A DNA stretch of 64,000 nt, from assembly GCA_965267575.1 (NCBI GenBank), contig OZ254086.1, positions 2,439,805-2,503,804 of the forward strand, given 5' to 3'. A program made the position numbers and the translations under genes. Origin of the DNA: Calditrichales bacterium. GTDB taxonomy: Bacteria; Calditrichota; Calditrichia; Calditrichales; J004. The notes below the pieces were generated by a model, which was given only the letters and a program-made list of their open reading frames with translations, did not search any database and was not told the DNA's origin. Shown here in pieces: positions 8,788-18,094 of the stretch. Each line of letters opens with the position of its first letter. Position 1 is the first letter of the stretch.

Positions 8788-11319
8788 ATGGGAAAAAAGG
8801 CACTTCTGCTTATCCTTTTATTTTTTCTTCCCGCATCTCTTCTTTCACAAATCCGGCACGTGGAATCATTTGAGAACACGGCTAATGATACACATTATTG
8901 GCAATTACGGACCTCGCCTAACGCCGCGGACAGTCTCGGTTTTATCGCCCTGAAGGACGATTCCATGCACTTTATGGAGGGCAATGCCTCTTTGCGGATG
9001 GACTGGAGCGTTGATAACTGCGAGATATGGGGCGGGCTTTCAAGAATTGAACACTGGCTGCCGGGTGACAGCTTGTTTGATATTGCCTTTTATGACACGC
9101 TTTCCCTCTGGTATTATGTCGACCAGCCGGCCTCCGCGCCTGGCGCCGTTGAGCTGCGCCTGCTTTTGTTTGATGTAAGTGACAGCGAGAAAGGAAACAT
9201 AAGCGATTGTTCGGATTCCGTGGAAGTGTATTACTCTTTTCATTATATCCTGGATCAGGCACCCGGTTGGCAGCGCCTGCTGATTCCGCTGAAGCAGAGT
9301 ATGTCACTCGGTGAGCAGGGATTCAATTTAACGCAATGGAGCGGAATCTCCGGTAATGAGGTGTTGGACCTGGATAAGATAAAGGGCTATGCGTTTGAGT
9401 TTGCTATCAGCCAGGATACTGACAGTTACAAGGTTGATGGCACTTTGCATATGGATGCCATGTCTGTTTTTACGACGCGCGACCGCCACGACTTTATTTT
9501 TAACGGAATCGCTTATCCGGCCAACATAACTGCTTCATATATCGGACAGGACGGCGGTATAGAGATTTCTGAAGAAGAATCCTACTCGGCTTCCAAAAGT
9601 ATCAAATGGACAACCTCCGCCAATGAACTATTTACCGGTCCTGTTTTCACTTTCGAGCAACCGCTTGATTACAGTCTGCATTGGCAAAAGGCGCCGCTCA
9701 GTTTCAAGTTGCGCATGGGCGAAGCGCGCGGCGATATAAAGATCGTTATCAGCGATGATGACAGCGATGGCGACGGACCCGATCAGTCTTTTTACGCGGA
9801 AGATGTTATTGAGAGCATGTGGATGAATTACAATGGATTCTGGGATGCCTTCCGGATGCCGCTGCAGAATTTTGATCGTTTTGCCGGCGCGGCGCCAATG
9901 GACTCCTCGCGGCTTTGGCAGGTCAGGTTTCTTATTACGGACAGCGCCAGCCTGGGCAAAACAATCTACATGGATGACATCTTGTTAGGTGAACCCTTTG
10001 ATTCCGGCAGGCCAGAGCAGCCCGTTTTCACGGCATTTCCCGATGATGAAGCCTACTGTAATGTTATCTCCTGGGAAGATCTATCTGTAGAAACAAATGA
10101 ATCCTACACCATTTATTACAGCGAAGCACCCATCACGCCGCAAAACTTTCACAGTGATGACGTTGAAGTGGCTGCGGCCGGCATCCCTGCGGACGTACAG
10201 TTTTTCCGCCACCGGCTTATCGCACCCCTGAACGACCGCGAGTTGAACTATTACTACGCCGTAACCTGCGTTGATATTAGGGGAAACGAGAGCTTGCCTG
10301 TTGACGATTGTCTTGTTGTAAACCAGGGCAGGGGCTGGGCGGTTATTTCCTATCTGCCGGCATTTCCGTTCAGCGCAGATGGGAATCTGGCGGAGTGGAC
10401 CGACCAGAAGCCGTTCATCATGAAACCGTCGGATGGCAGCGGGACGATTGTTGATGGTACGACCATCGACGGAGACGCTGACCTTTCCGCGCGGATATGG
10501 CTGGCCTGTGATGCCGAAGCACTTTACGTGGCCTTTGAAATAGAGGACGATACGCTGATTTGCGGCATGCCCGAACGCGACCTGTGGGATAATGATTCGC
10601 CGGAACTCTTCATCGGGCTATACAATGCCCATAACCTGCCGCATGAAGAACAGCAAGGAGGCAGCGAGCCGGACTATCAATTCAACTTTGGCACGGCAGG
10701 CGTTTTTCATCATGTGTCCGGGCTCTTTGTTGTCGATTCTTCCTTTGCTGATTACCGTTTTGCCGCAGGCAACGGGCAATACAGGGTTGAAGCACGGCTT
10801 CCCTTTGAGCGGATTGCCGCTTTGCGTCCCGATTCACTCTTCGTGCCGCAGCCCGGACAACGCATCCCGCTGGATGTTTCGATAAATGACATCGATTCAG
10901 GAAATAAGCGCGACGGTATTTTAACACTATCGCCGGATAACCAGGATATGTCCTGGCGCGATGTGAGCCGCTGGAGCCACACCTGGGTTTGGGATGAGGC
11001 AAACGCCCTGCATGAGCCTTTGAATATGCTGCCATCGGAACTTGAATTGCTTCCCAACTTCCCCAATCCGTTCAATGCTGAAACCACTTTAAGATTTACG
11101 GTTTCTTCCGGCAAAAGAAGGGCCGTGCGAATTACCGTCTATAACATCACGGGCCAGCAGATTACAGTGCTCGCGGACGATCTGTTTGAGCCCGGCGCGC
11201 ACCGGATTAGTTGGGATGGCAGCGATCATAACGGACAGCCTTTACCGGCCGGTGTCTATTTCTACCTTTTGGAGTCTGGCGCTACGCGGCTTGCCGGCAA
11301 AATGGTTCTTCTCAAATAG
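8788..11319 (+). CDS. Secreted protein with a CBM9/DOMON-like sugar-binding region and a T9SS C-terminal domain
   Basis: Signal peptide MGKKALLLILLFFLPASLLSQ. Region ARIWLACDAEALYVAFEIEDD resembles CBM9-type modules. C-terminus PNFPNPFNAETTLRF...GVYFYLL...GKMVLLK. Confidence 0.7.
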   Translation: MGKKALLLILLFFLPASLLSQIRHVESFENTANDTHYWQLRTSPNAADSLGFIALKDDSMHFMEGNASLRMDWSVDNCEIWGGLSRIEHWLPGDSLFDIAFYDTLSLWYYVDQPASAPGAVELRLLLFDVSDSEKGNISDCSDSVEVYYSFHYILDQAPGWQRLLIPLKQSMSLGEQGFNLTQWSGISGNEVLDLDKIKGYAFEFAISQDTDSYKVDGTLHMDAMSVFTTRDRHDFIFNGIAYPANITASYIGQDGGIEISEEESYSASKSIKWTTSANELFTGPVFTFEQPLDYSLHWQKAPLSFKLRMGEARGDIKIVISDDDSDGDGPDQSFYAEDVIESMWMNYNGFWDAFRMPLQNFDRFAGAAPMDSSRLWQVRFLITDSASLGKTIYMDDILLGEPFDSGRPEQPVFTAFPDDEAYCNVISWEDLSVETNESYTIYYSEAPITPQNFHSDDVEVAAAGIPADVQFFRHRLIAPLNDRELNYYYAVTCVDIRGNESLPVDDCLVVNQGRGWAVISYLPAFPFSADGNLAEWTDQKPFIMKPSDGSGTIVDGTTIDGDADLSARIWLACDAEALYVAFEIEDDTLICGMPERDLWDNDSPELFIGLYNAHNLPHEEQQGGSEPDYQFNFGTAGVFHHVSGLFVVDSSFADYRFAAGNGQYRVEARLPFERIAALRPDSLFVPQPGQRIPLDVSINDIDSGNKRDGILTLSPDNQDMSWRDVSRWSHTWVWDEANALHEPLNMLPSELELLPNFPNPFNAETTLRFTVSSGKRRAVRITVYNITGQQITVLADDLFEPGAHRISWDGSDHNGQPLPAGVYFYLLESGATRLAGKMVLLK

Positions 11320-11363
11320 CGGATTCTTTTATAGACCGAAGCTATACAAAAATAAACATAAAA

Positions 11364-11384
11364 GGGCTCCCTTTCGAGGAGCCC
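11364..11384. terminator. Hairpin between convergent genes
   Basis: GGGCTCC-CTTTCGA-GGAGCCC, a perfect 7-bp stem. Flanking T/A runs are weak. Confidence 0.45.
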
Positions 11385-11400
11385 TGATTCGGTAGGCGGA

Positions 11401-11754
11401 TTACTGCTGTTCTTCGCCTTTCTCCGTTTTTCTGGCGACGGCATAAACAAGTAACAGTCCAATGCCGGGCAGTAAAAAGATCAGACCGGCGATCGTTTCA
11501 TCCTGGACGGATGGATCTACATAAGCGCCAATCAGAATGGCCAGACCTACACCAATCAAAACCGCACCAATTTTCAACGTGAGCATGCCGGCCCCCTCTT
11601 TTTTGCGCGAAGGCAAAAGGAAGGCTAGCTGGTCATCGCTTACGCCTTTTTCGATAATGGCCATACGCTCGGTGTGGCGGTTTTTAATGAAGTGGTACAG
11701 GATTACAGCAGTTGCTACAAATAACGTAATCGGAATCAAAATCTCTTCTTGCAT
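11401..11754 (-). CDS. Small two-TM membrane protein, divergent from the ECF sigma gene
   Basis: ATG at 11754 is preceded by GGAGGT. Hydrophobic helices at both ends. No recognisable catalytic motif. Confidence 0.6.
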   Translation of the reverse strand: MQEEILIPITLFVATAVILYHFIKNRHTERMAIIEKGVSDDQLAFLLPSRKKEGAGMLTLKIGAVLIGVGLAILIGAYVDPSVQDETIAGLIFLLPGIGLLLVYAVARKTEKGEEQQ

Positions 11755-11867
11755 TGTTACCTCCGGGTTTGTTTTGATCAATAAGACAGGCGCAGTTTTA
11801 AAACGGTTTCAGCTAAATAATTTTTTTTGGTTGAAACCGATATTAATTTCAGACTGTCTTAAGGGGT

Positions 11868-12437
11868 ATGGAAATGGAAGATACATATATCCGGCGATTG
11901 AAGAGCGGCGATTCTTCGGCTCTGGAACCTCTGATGCGCCTGCACCAGGATATGGTGTTTACGGTCGCTTTGCGTATGGTGAAAGATCGTTCCGTGGCCG
12001 AAGAGGTGACACAGGATGTATTTATAAAGGTGTTCCGGAAAATTGACAGCTACGAACAACGCAGCAAGTTTACCACCTGGCTCTACACCATCGCCTACAG
12101 AACGTGTCTTAACTATTTGCAGAAAAAAGACGTGACCGTTGCCCAAAGCAGGCTAAGCGATGCCCAACGCCGTCAGGGTGAGATTGATGACAGCCGCAGG
12201 GTTGCAACACCGCACAAAAAGCGCGAGGACCAGGAGGCAATCTGGCAGGCCATAGACACGCTGGAGCCGCTGCAGGGGGTAACAATAAGCCTGTTTTACC
12301 TGCAGATGTTCAGCGTAAAGGAGATATCGGACATAATGGAAATACCGGAAAATACCGTAAAAACCCACCTGCACCGCGGCAGAAAGGAGTTGCGCAAAGT
12401 TCTGCTGGCGCAATATCGCGACGAGGAGTTGGTATGA
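11868..12437 (+). CDS. ECF-type sigma-70 family RNA polymerase sigma factor
   Basis: Region 2 (VAEEVTQDVFIKVF...FTTWLYTIAYRTCLNYL) and region 4 (ISDIMEIPENTVKTHLHRGRKELR). Confidence 0.9.
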   Translation: MEMEDTYIRRLKSGDSSALEPLMRLHQDMVFTVALRMVKDRSVAEEVTQDVFIKVFRKIDSYEQRSKFTTWLYTIAYRTCLNYLQKKDVTVAQSRLSDAQRRQGEIDDSRRVATPHKKREDQEAIWQAIDTLEPLQGVTISLFYLQMFSVKEISDIMEIPENTVKTHLHRGRKELRKVLLAQYRDEELV

Positions 12438-12934
12438 AACAACATGTGAATGAAAAAAGAATCGAATCCGTATTTGAAAACCGCCTGGAGTTTTCCAGTG
12501 AAGAAAAGCAGCATATCGAACAGTGCCCTTCCTGCCGCTCGCTTGTCGATCAGGAGCAGAGGCTGGATGCAATACTGCGCGGCCTGAAGGCTCAGAAAGC
12601 GCCTCGCGGCCTGCTGCAAAAAGTTTTGGAAAAGGCAAGCGTTCGCAATAACGGTCGCGACTGGTGGTTTGTCGCCGCCGCCTTTTCGCTTGCTGTTTTA
12701 AGCGGATACTACATCTTTACCAGTAATCCGATCATTGCTGAAATTTTTTCAGCTTTTGGATTATGGCTCTCTCCGATTGCGGAAAAAGCGGCAAGTTACC
12801 TGCCCAAAGTCTCCTTTGGTATCAATATTTCCGGGGGCCTTCCGTTTAATGTCAATTTACTGCTTGCCGGTGTTTTGGCCTTCGGCTTTTTTATGATGCT
12901 GGATCGCTTTTGGGGCAGGCGTTTCAGGCATTAA
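12434..12934 (+). CDS. Anti-sigma factor (zf-HC2-like N-terminus, membrane-anchored)
   Basis: 4-nt overlap with the ECF sigma gene. H-x3-C-x2-C motif (HIEQCPSC), then TM helices. Confidence 0.7.
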   Translation: MKQHVNEKRIESVFENRLEFSSEEKQHIEQCPSCRSLVDQEQRLDAILRGLKAQKAPRGLLQKVLEKASVRNNGRDWWFVAAAFSLAVLSGYYIFTSNPIIAEIFSAFGLWLSPIAEKAASYLPKVSFGINISGGLPFNVNLLLAGVLAFGFFMMLDRFWGRRFRH

Positions 12935-13125
12935 CGCGTTAAAGTGCCAGAGTGCTAGTGTGTTTAGGTGTTAGAGTTTTCGGTAGCTGTGTAGTTTCTC
13001 CATTTGCATTTTAGAATCATTGATTCATCTATTCAGCGATTCAATTCTTCAGCCATTCATCTCATTGCTTGTACTTCCAAAATTAGCAGTTGATGCAATG
13101 GGATGAGCATTGTAAATTTGCCCTC

Positions 13126-14043
13126 ATGAAAAAGTCAATCACACCTTTGACCACTTTCGAAACATCCCTGATACCCGCCACTACCCACTTTTTGAATAAG
13201 GCGCTGGACTACGATTTCTTTACCGAGAACCTGCTCAAAGACAAGACCCTCGATGATCCGGACTATGATGCGGATTTGTGCTTGCTGTTGCTGGAAAATG
13301 AACTACCGCAAGCGTTTGCAATGGGTGTTATCCGCAGAAACATTCGTGGCGAAGATATTGCCTATATAAAACTGCTGGCCGTTGCGCCACCGCGCCGCCG
13401 CCAAGGCCTGGCTTCTCGTTTATACTATCAGTTGGAACAGGCCTTTCGCGAGCAGGGTGCAGACAAAGTGCGCGTGTACGATGCGCCGTTTAATTACTTC
13501 ATGCCCGGCATCGATCCTCGCTACACGGAAGCGATCGCTTTTTTTGAACGGCTGGGCTTTAAGCGATTTGCCGACACATCCAACATGAATGTGGATCTGC
13601 TGGCGCGCGATTGGGACACAAAACGGGAAGAAGATGCGCTAAAAAAGGCGAATATTCACATTAGACGCTGCCATGCCGATGATGAAAAGGTGTTAATGGA
13701 TTTTGTGGACAAATGGTTTGACTTGTGGCGTCCGGAGGTAGAACGCATGTTGCAGAATAAGCCGCGCAGCGTACATATCGCTTTTGAAGAGGATGAAATG
13801 GTCGCGTTTTCCGGTCATTCCGGAAATAATGCGGGCATGCCCTGGTTTGGCCCTATGGGTACGCACCCCGAAAAGCGTGGTCGTGGCGTTGGCGGCATTT
13901 TGCTTAAGCGTTGCCTGCGTGATCTTAAACAGGAGGGCTACAGCAGGGCGATCATTCCCTGGGTGGGTCCGGTTTCCTTTTACCAGTATCACGCGGCTGC
14001 ACGTGTTGATCGTATCTTCTGGCGCTACGAAAAACATCTTTAA
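13126..14043 (+). CDS. GNAT-family N-acetyltransferase (two GNAT-like halves)
   Basis: Acetyl-CoA motif A-like RRRQGLASRLY and RGRGVGGILL. The start could also be the upstream codon at 13090. Confidence 0.75.
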   Translation: MKKSITPLTTFETSLIPATTHFLNKALDYDFFTENLLKDKTLDDPDYDADLCLLLLENELPQAFAMGVIRRNIRGEDIAYIKLLAVAPPRRRQGLASRLYYQLEQAFREQGADKVRVYDAPFNYFMPGIDPRYTEAIAFFERLGFKRFADTSNMNVDLLARDWDTKREEDALKKANIHIRRCHADDEKVLMDFVDKWFDLWRPEVERMLQNKPRSVHIAFEEDEMVAFSGHSGNNAGMPWFGPMGTHPEKRGRGVGGILLKRCLRDLKQEGYSRAIIPWVGPVSFYQYHAAARVDRIFWRYEKHL

Positions 14044-14049
14044 TTGCTT

Positions 14050-14997
14050 ATGGCTTCTTTGAAGATTGGGCTGGTGCTCGGCGGTGGCGGTGCCCGCGGT
14101 CTGGCGCATATCGGCGTACTTAAGGTCCTGGAGAAAAATAATATCCCCATCCATGTGATTACGGGAACGAGCATGGGCGCCCTCATCGGCGCGCTATATG
14201 CGCAGCATCCCGATGCGGAATGGGTGGAAAACCGTGTTCAGCAATTCCTGAATAGTGACGTTTTCCGGCGCTCCGGCGGCAATGTTTTTAAACAACACCG
14301 CGCGGATTATGAACCGGAAGACGTTCTGCGCCAGCTGAGTCATCGTATAAAAAAGCGCATTGTGATCAACCTGGCGGCGCACCGCATCAGCCTGATGAAG
14401 GGCGAGCGGCTGCAGCTGGCCATTGACGAGCTGATCGACGACGGCAAAATAGAGGATACAAAGATACCGTTTGCCTGCGCATCCACGGACCTGCGCTACG
14501 GGGAAACGGTTGTTTTTACAAATGGCAGCCTGCGTTACGCTTTACGCGCCAGTGCCGCTATTCCGGGCTTTATCCCGCCCGTGGCGCAAAACGGTCGTCT
14601 GCTTATCGACGGCAGCGTATGCAACAATTTTCCCGTGGAAGCGGCCCGCATGCTGGGCGCGAATTTCATTATCGCCAGCGATGTTATGCTGGACGTTGAT
14701 CCCAAAATTGAGTTGAAAAACGTTATTGATATTGTTATACGCTCCAACATGGTTTCCACCAATGCTGTTAATTCACTGCTGCTGGAAAAGGTAGAGCATG
14801 TAATTCGCCCGCAGACAGGCAAGACCCATTGGAGCGATTTTGAAGATTTTGACTCTCTTTTCCGTAAAGGATATGACGCGGCACATGAGGAGATTGAAAA
14901 GATAAAATTGCACATTAGCCGAAGGAACTCTTTGACCGGTCGCGTAAAGTACTGGCTGTACAATTGGATAAAAAACTGGTATTTGAATGGCATCTGA
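14050..14997 (+). CDS. Patatin-like phospholipase
   Basis: GGGGARG oxyanion motif, GTSMG nucleophile elbow and DGS catalytic Asp motif. First ATG at 14050; the ORF track starts at a TTG at 14044. Confidence 0.9.
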   Translation: MASLKIGLVLGGGGARGLAHIGVLKVLEKNNIPIHVITGTSMGALIGALYAQHPDAEWVENRVQQFLNSDVFRRSGGNVFKQHRADYEPEDVLRQLSHRIKKRIVINLAAHRISLMKGERLQLAIDELIDDGKIEDTKIPFACASTDLRYGETVVFTNGSLRYALRASAAIPGFIPPVAQNGRLLIDGSVCNNFPVEAARMLGANFIIASDVMLDVDPKIELKNVIDIVIRSNMVSTNAVNSLLLEKVEHVIRPQTGKTHWSDFEDFDSLFRKGYDAAHEEIEKIKLHISRRNSLTGRVKYWLYNWIKNWYLNGI

Positions 14998-16171
14998 GAT
15001 AAAACGCGCTTTTTGCATCGTTCTGGACGGTGTCGGCATAGGTTCTCTTCCCGATGCAGCCTCCTATGGGGATGACGGAAGCGATACGCTGGGACACATC
15101 GCCCGGCATGTTAATGGTCTAAACCTGCCTACAATGGAGAGCATGGGCCTCGGCAATATCCGGGCGTTGCAAGGCGTTGAACCACAGCATAGCGCGTTGG
15201 GCTGTTACGGCAAAATGGCGGAAGTTTCTGCCGGTAAAGATTCGACCACCGGCCATTGGGAGATTGCCGGCATTCAGCTGGACAAGCCTTTTCCAACTTA
15301 CCCCAACGGCTTTCCGAGGGAAGTGATTGAATCATTTGAAGAGCAAACCGGTCGCAAAACGCTTGGCAATAAAACCGCTTCCGGCACCGACATCATTAAA
15401 GAACTCGGGGAAGCGCATATTGCATCCGGCGATTTGATCGTTTACACATCCGCCGATTCCGTTTTTCAGATTGCCGCCCACACAGATATTGTGCCGTTGG
15501 AAGAGTTGTACCGTTTTTGCCGTATCGCCCGCGAAATTTTGCAGGGTGAGCATGCCGTCGCCCGCGTGATAGCGCGTCCTTTCAGCGGCAAAAACGCCGA
15601 TGATTTTACCCGCACAAAAGACCGTAAAGATTTTTCCATAAAGCCATTTTCAGAAACGGTGCATGCGGCGTTATTGTCCGCGGGGATACATACGGTGGGT
15701 ATCGGCAAAGTAAACGATCTGTACGCCTGTTGCGGAATTGCCGAAAGCCACTATACAAAAACAAACGCTGAAGGCATGCAGGCACTGGAAGAAGCACTGG
15801 ACCTGGAAAAACAATCCTTTGTGATGGCCAATCTTGTGGACTTTGATACATTGTATGGTCATCGCAACGATCCCGATGGATTTTATGCGGCGCTCAGGGA
15901 ATTCGACGGCTGGTTGCCCCGTTTCCTTAAACGTATGCAAAACAATGACTTACTGATCATCATCGCCGATCACGGCAATGATCCCCTTTTCCCGGGAACG
16001 GATCATACCCGCGAATATGTCCCGCTGCTCGCTTACGGACCCTCTCTGCGAAACAATCAGGATCTTGGTTCACGCAAAACTTTCAGTGATATAAGTGCAA
16101 CCTTGCGGGACTATTTTGATGTCTCACGTGGTTCCACAGGCAGCAGTTTTTTGGATCAACTAATAAAATGA
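14987..16171 (+). CDS. deoB: Phosphopentomutase
   Basis: Full-length match by eye to DeoB signatures: VLDGVGIG, DSTTGHWE, NLVDFD..YGHRND, ADHGNDP. Confidence 0.92.
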   Translation: MASEIKRAFCIVLDGVGIGSLPDAASYGDDGSDTLGHIARHVNGLNLPTMESMGLGNIRALQGVEPQHSALGCYGKMAEVSAGKDSTTGHWEIAGIQLDKPFPTYPNGFPREVIESFEEQTGRKTLGNKTASGTDIIKELGEAHIASGDLIVYTSADSVFQIAAHTDIVPLEELYRFCRIAREILQGEHAVARVIARPFSGKNADDFTRTKDRKDFSIKPFSETVHAALLSAGIHTVGIGKVNDLYACCGIAESHYTKTNAEGMQALEEALDLEKQSFVMANLVDFDTLYGHRNDPDGFYAALREFDGWLPRFLKRMQNNDLLIIIADHGNDPLFPGTDHTREYVPLLAYGPSLRNNQDLGSRKTFSDISATLRDYFDVSRGSTGSSFLDQLIK

Positions 16172-16181
16172 GAGCAAACGG

Positions 16182-16451
16182 ATGCTTTTAGGAAAAGTGA
16201 TTGGCACGGTGTGGGCTACACGCAAAGACGAAAAGCTCACGGGGATGAAACTATTGCTGGTGCGGCATGTTGAACCGGACTACAGTTTTAAAAACAGTTA
16301 TGTTGTGGCCGCGGACAGCGTGGGTGCGGGCGTTGGAGAAATTGTAATGATAACGACGGGAAGTTCTGCGCGGCAGTCTAAGCTTACCGATGGCAAGCCT
16401 GTCGACGCGGTTGTTTCCGGCATCATAGATAAAGTTGATATCGTGGAGTGA
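16182..16451 (+). CDS. EutN/CcmL-family bacterial microcompartment vertex (BMC-P) protein
   Basis: MLLGKVIGTVWATRK...VGAGVGEIVMITTGSSARQ...PVDAVVSGIID closely parallels EutN/CcmL. Confidence 0.85.
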   Translation: MLLGKVIGTVWATRKDEKLTGMKLLLVRHVEPDYSFKNSYVVAADSVGAGVGEIVMITTGSSARQSKLTDGKPVDAVVSGIIDKVDIVE

Positions 16452-16455
16452 TGGA

Positions 16456-16725
16456 ATGGATTTGGGTCGTGTCATCGGGTCGGTTTGGGCCACGCAAAAA
16501 CATGAGCCTCTGGAAGGGCTGAAGCTTTATCTGGTCCAGCCGGAAGATATTGAAGGAAACAAAAACGGCAGCGTTTTGATTGCCGCAGATACGGTCGGCG
16601 CCGGAATCGGAGAGCTGGTCTATTACACTACCGCCTATGAAGCCGTAATACCTTTACGCAAAAAGCCGGCATTGTGTGATGCATCCATAGTGGGAATTGT
16701 GGAGAAACTGGAGGTACAGCGATGA
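16456..16725 (+). CDS. Second, more divergent EutN/CcmL-family (BMC-P) protein
   Basis: MDLGRVIGSVWATQK...TVGAGIGELVYYTT...DASIVGIVEKL. The GSSAR motif is replaced by TAYEA. ATG at 16456, just after the stop of the first copy. Confidence 0.75.
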   Translation: MDLGRVIGSVWATQKHEPLEGLKLYLVQPEDIEGNKNGSVLIAADTVGAGIGELVYYTTAYEAVIPLRKKPALCDASIVGIVEKLEVQR

Positions 16726-17018
16726 CTTTAAGAGACAAAATGTCCCGCCTTCTGAAGGATTCTCTTGATTATGCGACCGAAGTTACGTCAGAATATACGC
16801 GTAAGGGCCGCATACGTCTTGAAATACTGGCCCTTAAAAAAGAGATAGAAGAAAAAATGTTGCAACTTGGCGGGGATGTTTATCATCTGGTAAAAGAAGA
16901 CGGCGCAAAAATGGTTGAGCAGCATAACCGAGTAAGCCACCTGATCCGCCAAATAGAGGAGCTGGAAAAAGAGCTCGAAGATTGGATGACAAAGCTAAAA
17001 CAAGTAAACAATGGCTGA
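16722..17018 (+). CDS. Small coiled-coil protein, function unknown
   Basis: ATGA overlap with the preceding EutN-like gene. Heptad-rich sequence (LEILALKKEIEEKMLQL...IRQIEELEKELEDWMTKLKQ). Confidence 0.5.
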   Translation: MTLRDKMSRLLKDSLDYATEVTSEYTRKGRIRLEILALKKEIEEKMLQLGGDVYHLVKEDGAKMVEQHNRVSHLIRQIEELEKELEDWMTKLKQVNNG

Positions 17019-17111
17019 AATGGCCGATAATAAAGAAAAAGTTTAAAAATATAAACAATTGTTGTATTTTAAAAACTTTTGCGCAAAAAGTAAAAAACCG
17101 GAGAAGCTTCT

Positions 17112-17957
17112 GTGAGTGATTTTTTTATAAGCAAAAACCAATCCCTGGAAAACTATCTGCGTGAGATAGGCGAAGTAAAATTGCTAACGCCTGATGAAGA
17201 AATCGAGCTGGCCAAACGCATCAAGCAAAACGATCAGCGGGCGCTGAAGCGTCTTGTGAGTGCCAACCTGCGATTTGTGGTCAGTGTTGCCAAATCATAT
17301 CAAAATTACGGACTTTCGCTCGAAGATCTTATAAACGAGGGTAACCTTGGTTTGATGAAAGCGGCTTACCGGTTTGATGAAACGCGTGGTTTTAAGTTTA
17401 TTTCCTATGCCGTTTGGTGGATCAAGCAGTCCATTCTGCAGGCGATTGCTGAACAATCGAGACTTGTGCGTTTGCCGCTTAACCGTGTGGGCACACTTAC
17501 AAAAATCGGTAAAGTATACAGTATGCTGGAGCAGGAGTATGAGCGTGAGCCCACTCCGGAAGAGATTGCCAATGTACTGGAAGTGGACAGCGGTGACATC
17601 ACCGATACGATTAAAATGGCTACCCGTTCGGTCTCAATGGATTCGCCATTGCAAAAGAACAGCGACAGCCGTTTGATAGATATTATACAGAACCAGCAGG
17701 ATCCGGAACCGGATTCTGATGTGATGGGTGAATCATTAAAAGAAGAAGTAAACTATATCCTTTCAACGCTGAGTGCGCGCGAAGCAAAAATTCTTAAGCT
17801 CTACTTTGGGCTTGACGGAGAGAAGCCACACACGCTAGAAGAGATTGGTGTAAAATTTAAATTAACCCGTGAACGTGTGCGTCAGATCAAAGAGAAAGCT
17901 CTTCGCCGCTTGCGCCATAGTTCAAGAAGCAAAGTGTTGAGGTACTATTTAGGATAA
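17112..17957 (+). CDS. Sigma-70 family sigma factor, RpoD/SigA-like short form
   Basis: Regions 1.2 to 4 are recognisable ([58 protein letters not shown]). GTG start with an upstream GGAGAA. Confidence 0.9.
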   Translation: MSDFFISKNQSLENYLREIGEVKLLTPDEEIELAKRIKQNDQRALKRLVSANLRFVVSVAKSYQNYGLSLEDLINEGNLGLMKAAYRFDETRGFKFISYAVWWIKQSILQAIAEQSRLVRLPLNRVGTLTKIGKVYSMLEQEYEREPTPEEIANVLEVDSGDITDTIKMATRSVSMDSPLQKNSDSRLIDIIQNQQDPEPDSDVMGESLKEEVNYILSTLSAREAKILKLYFGLDGEKPHTLEEIGVKFKLTRERVRQIKEKALRRLRHSSRSKVLRYYLG

Positions 17958-18094
17958 AATGCCCTAAACACCTGTAAAATCACGACTTTTTCGTTTATTC
18001 GGTGCTTGCTTGATTAATTTTTTTTACGTAGGTTGTGATTAGCTTAACAATTGTATTGTTTGTGCTCGGGGGGAACGATTAAGGAACAGAGTCC

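Noticed and set aside
12935-13089. ATTCA/TTCAT-rich spacer (TCATTGATTCATCTATTCAGCGATTCAATTCTTCAGCCATTCATCTCATTGC) as a regulatory repeat.
   Set aside because: These are only short, imperfect direct repeats with no symmetry or known binding-site consensus that I can name. They may be promoter DNA, but I cannot support a specific call.
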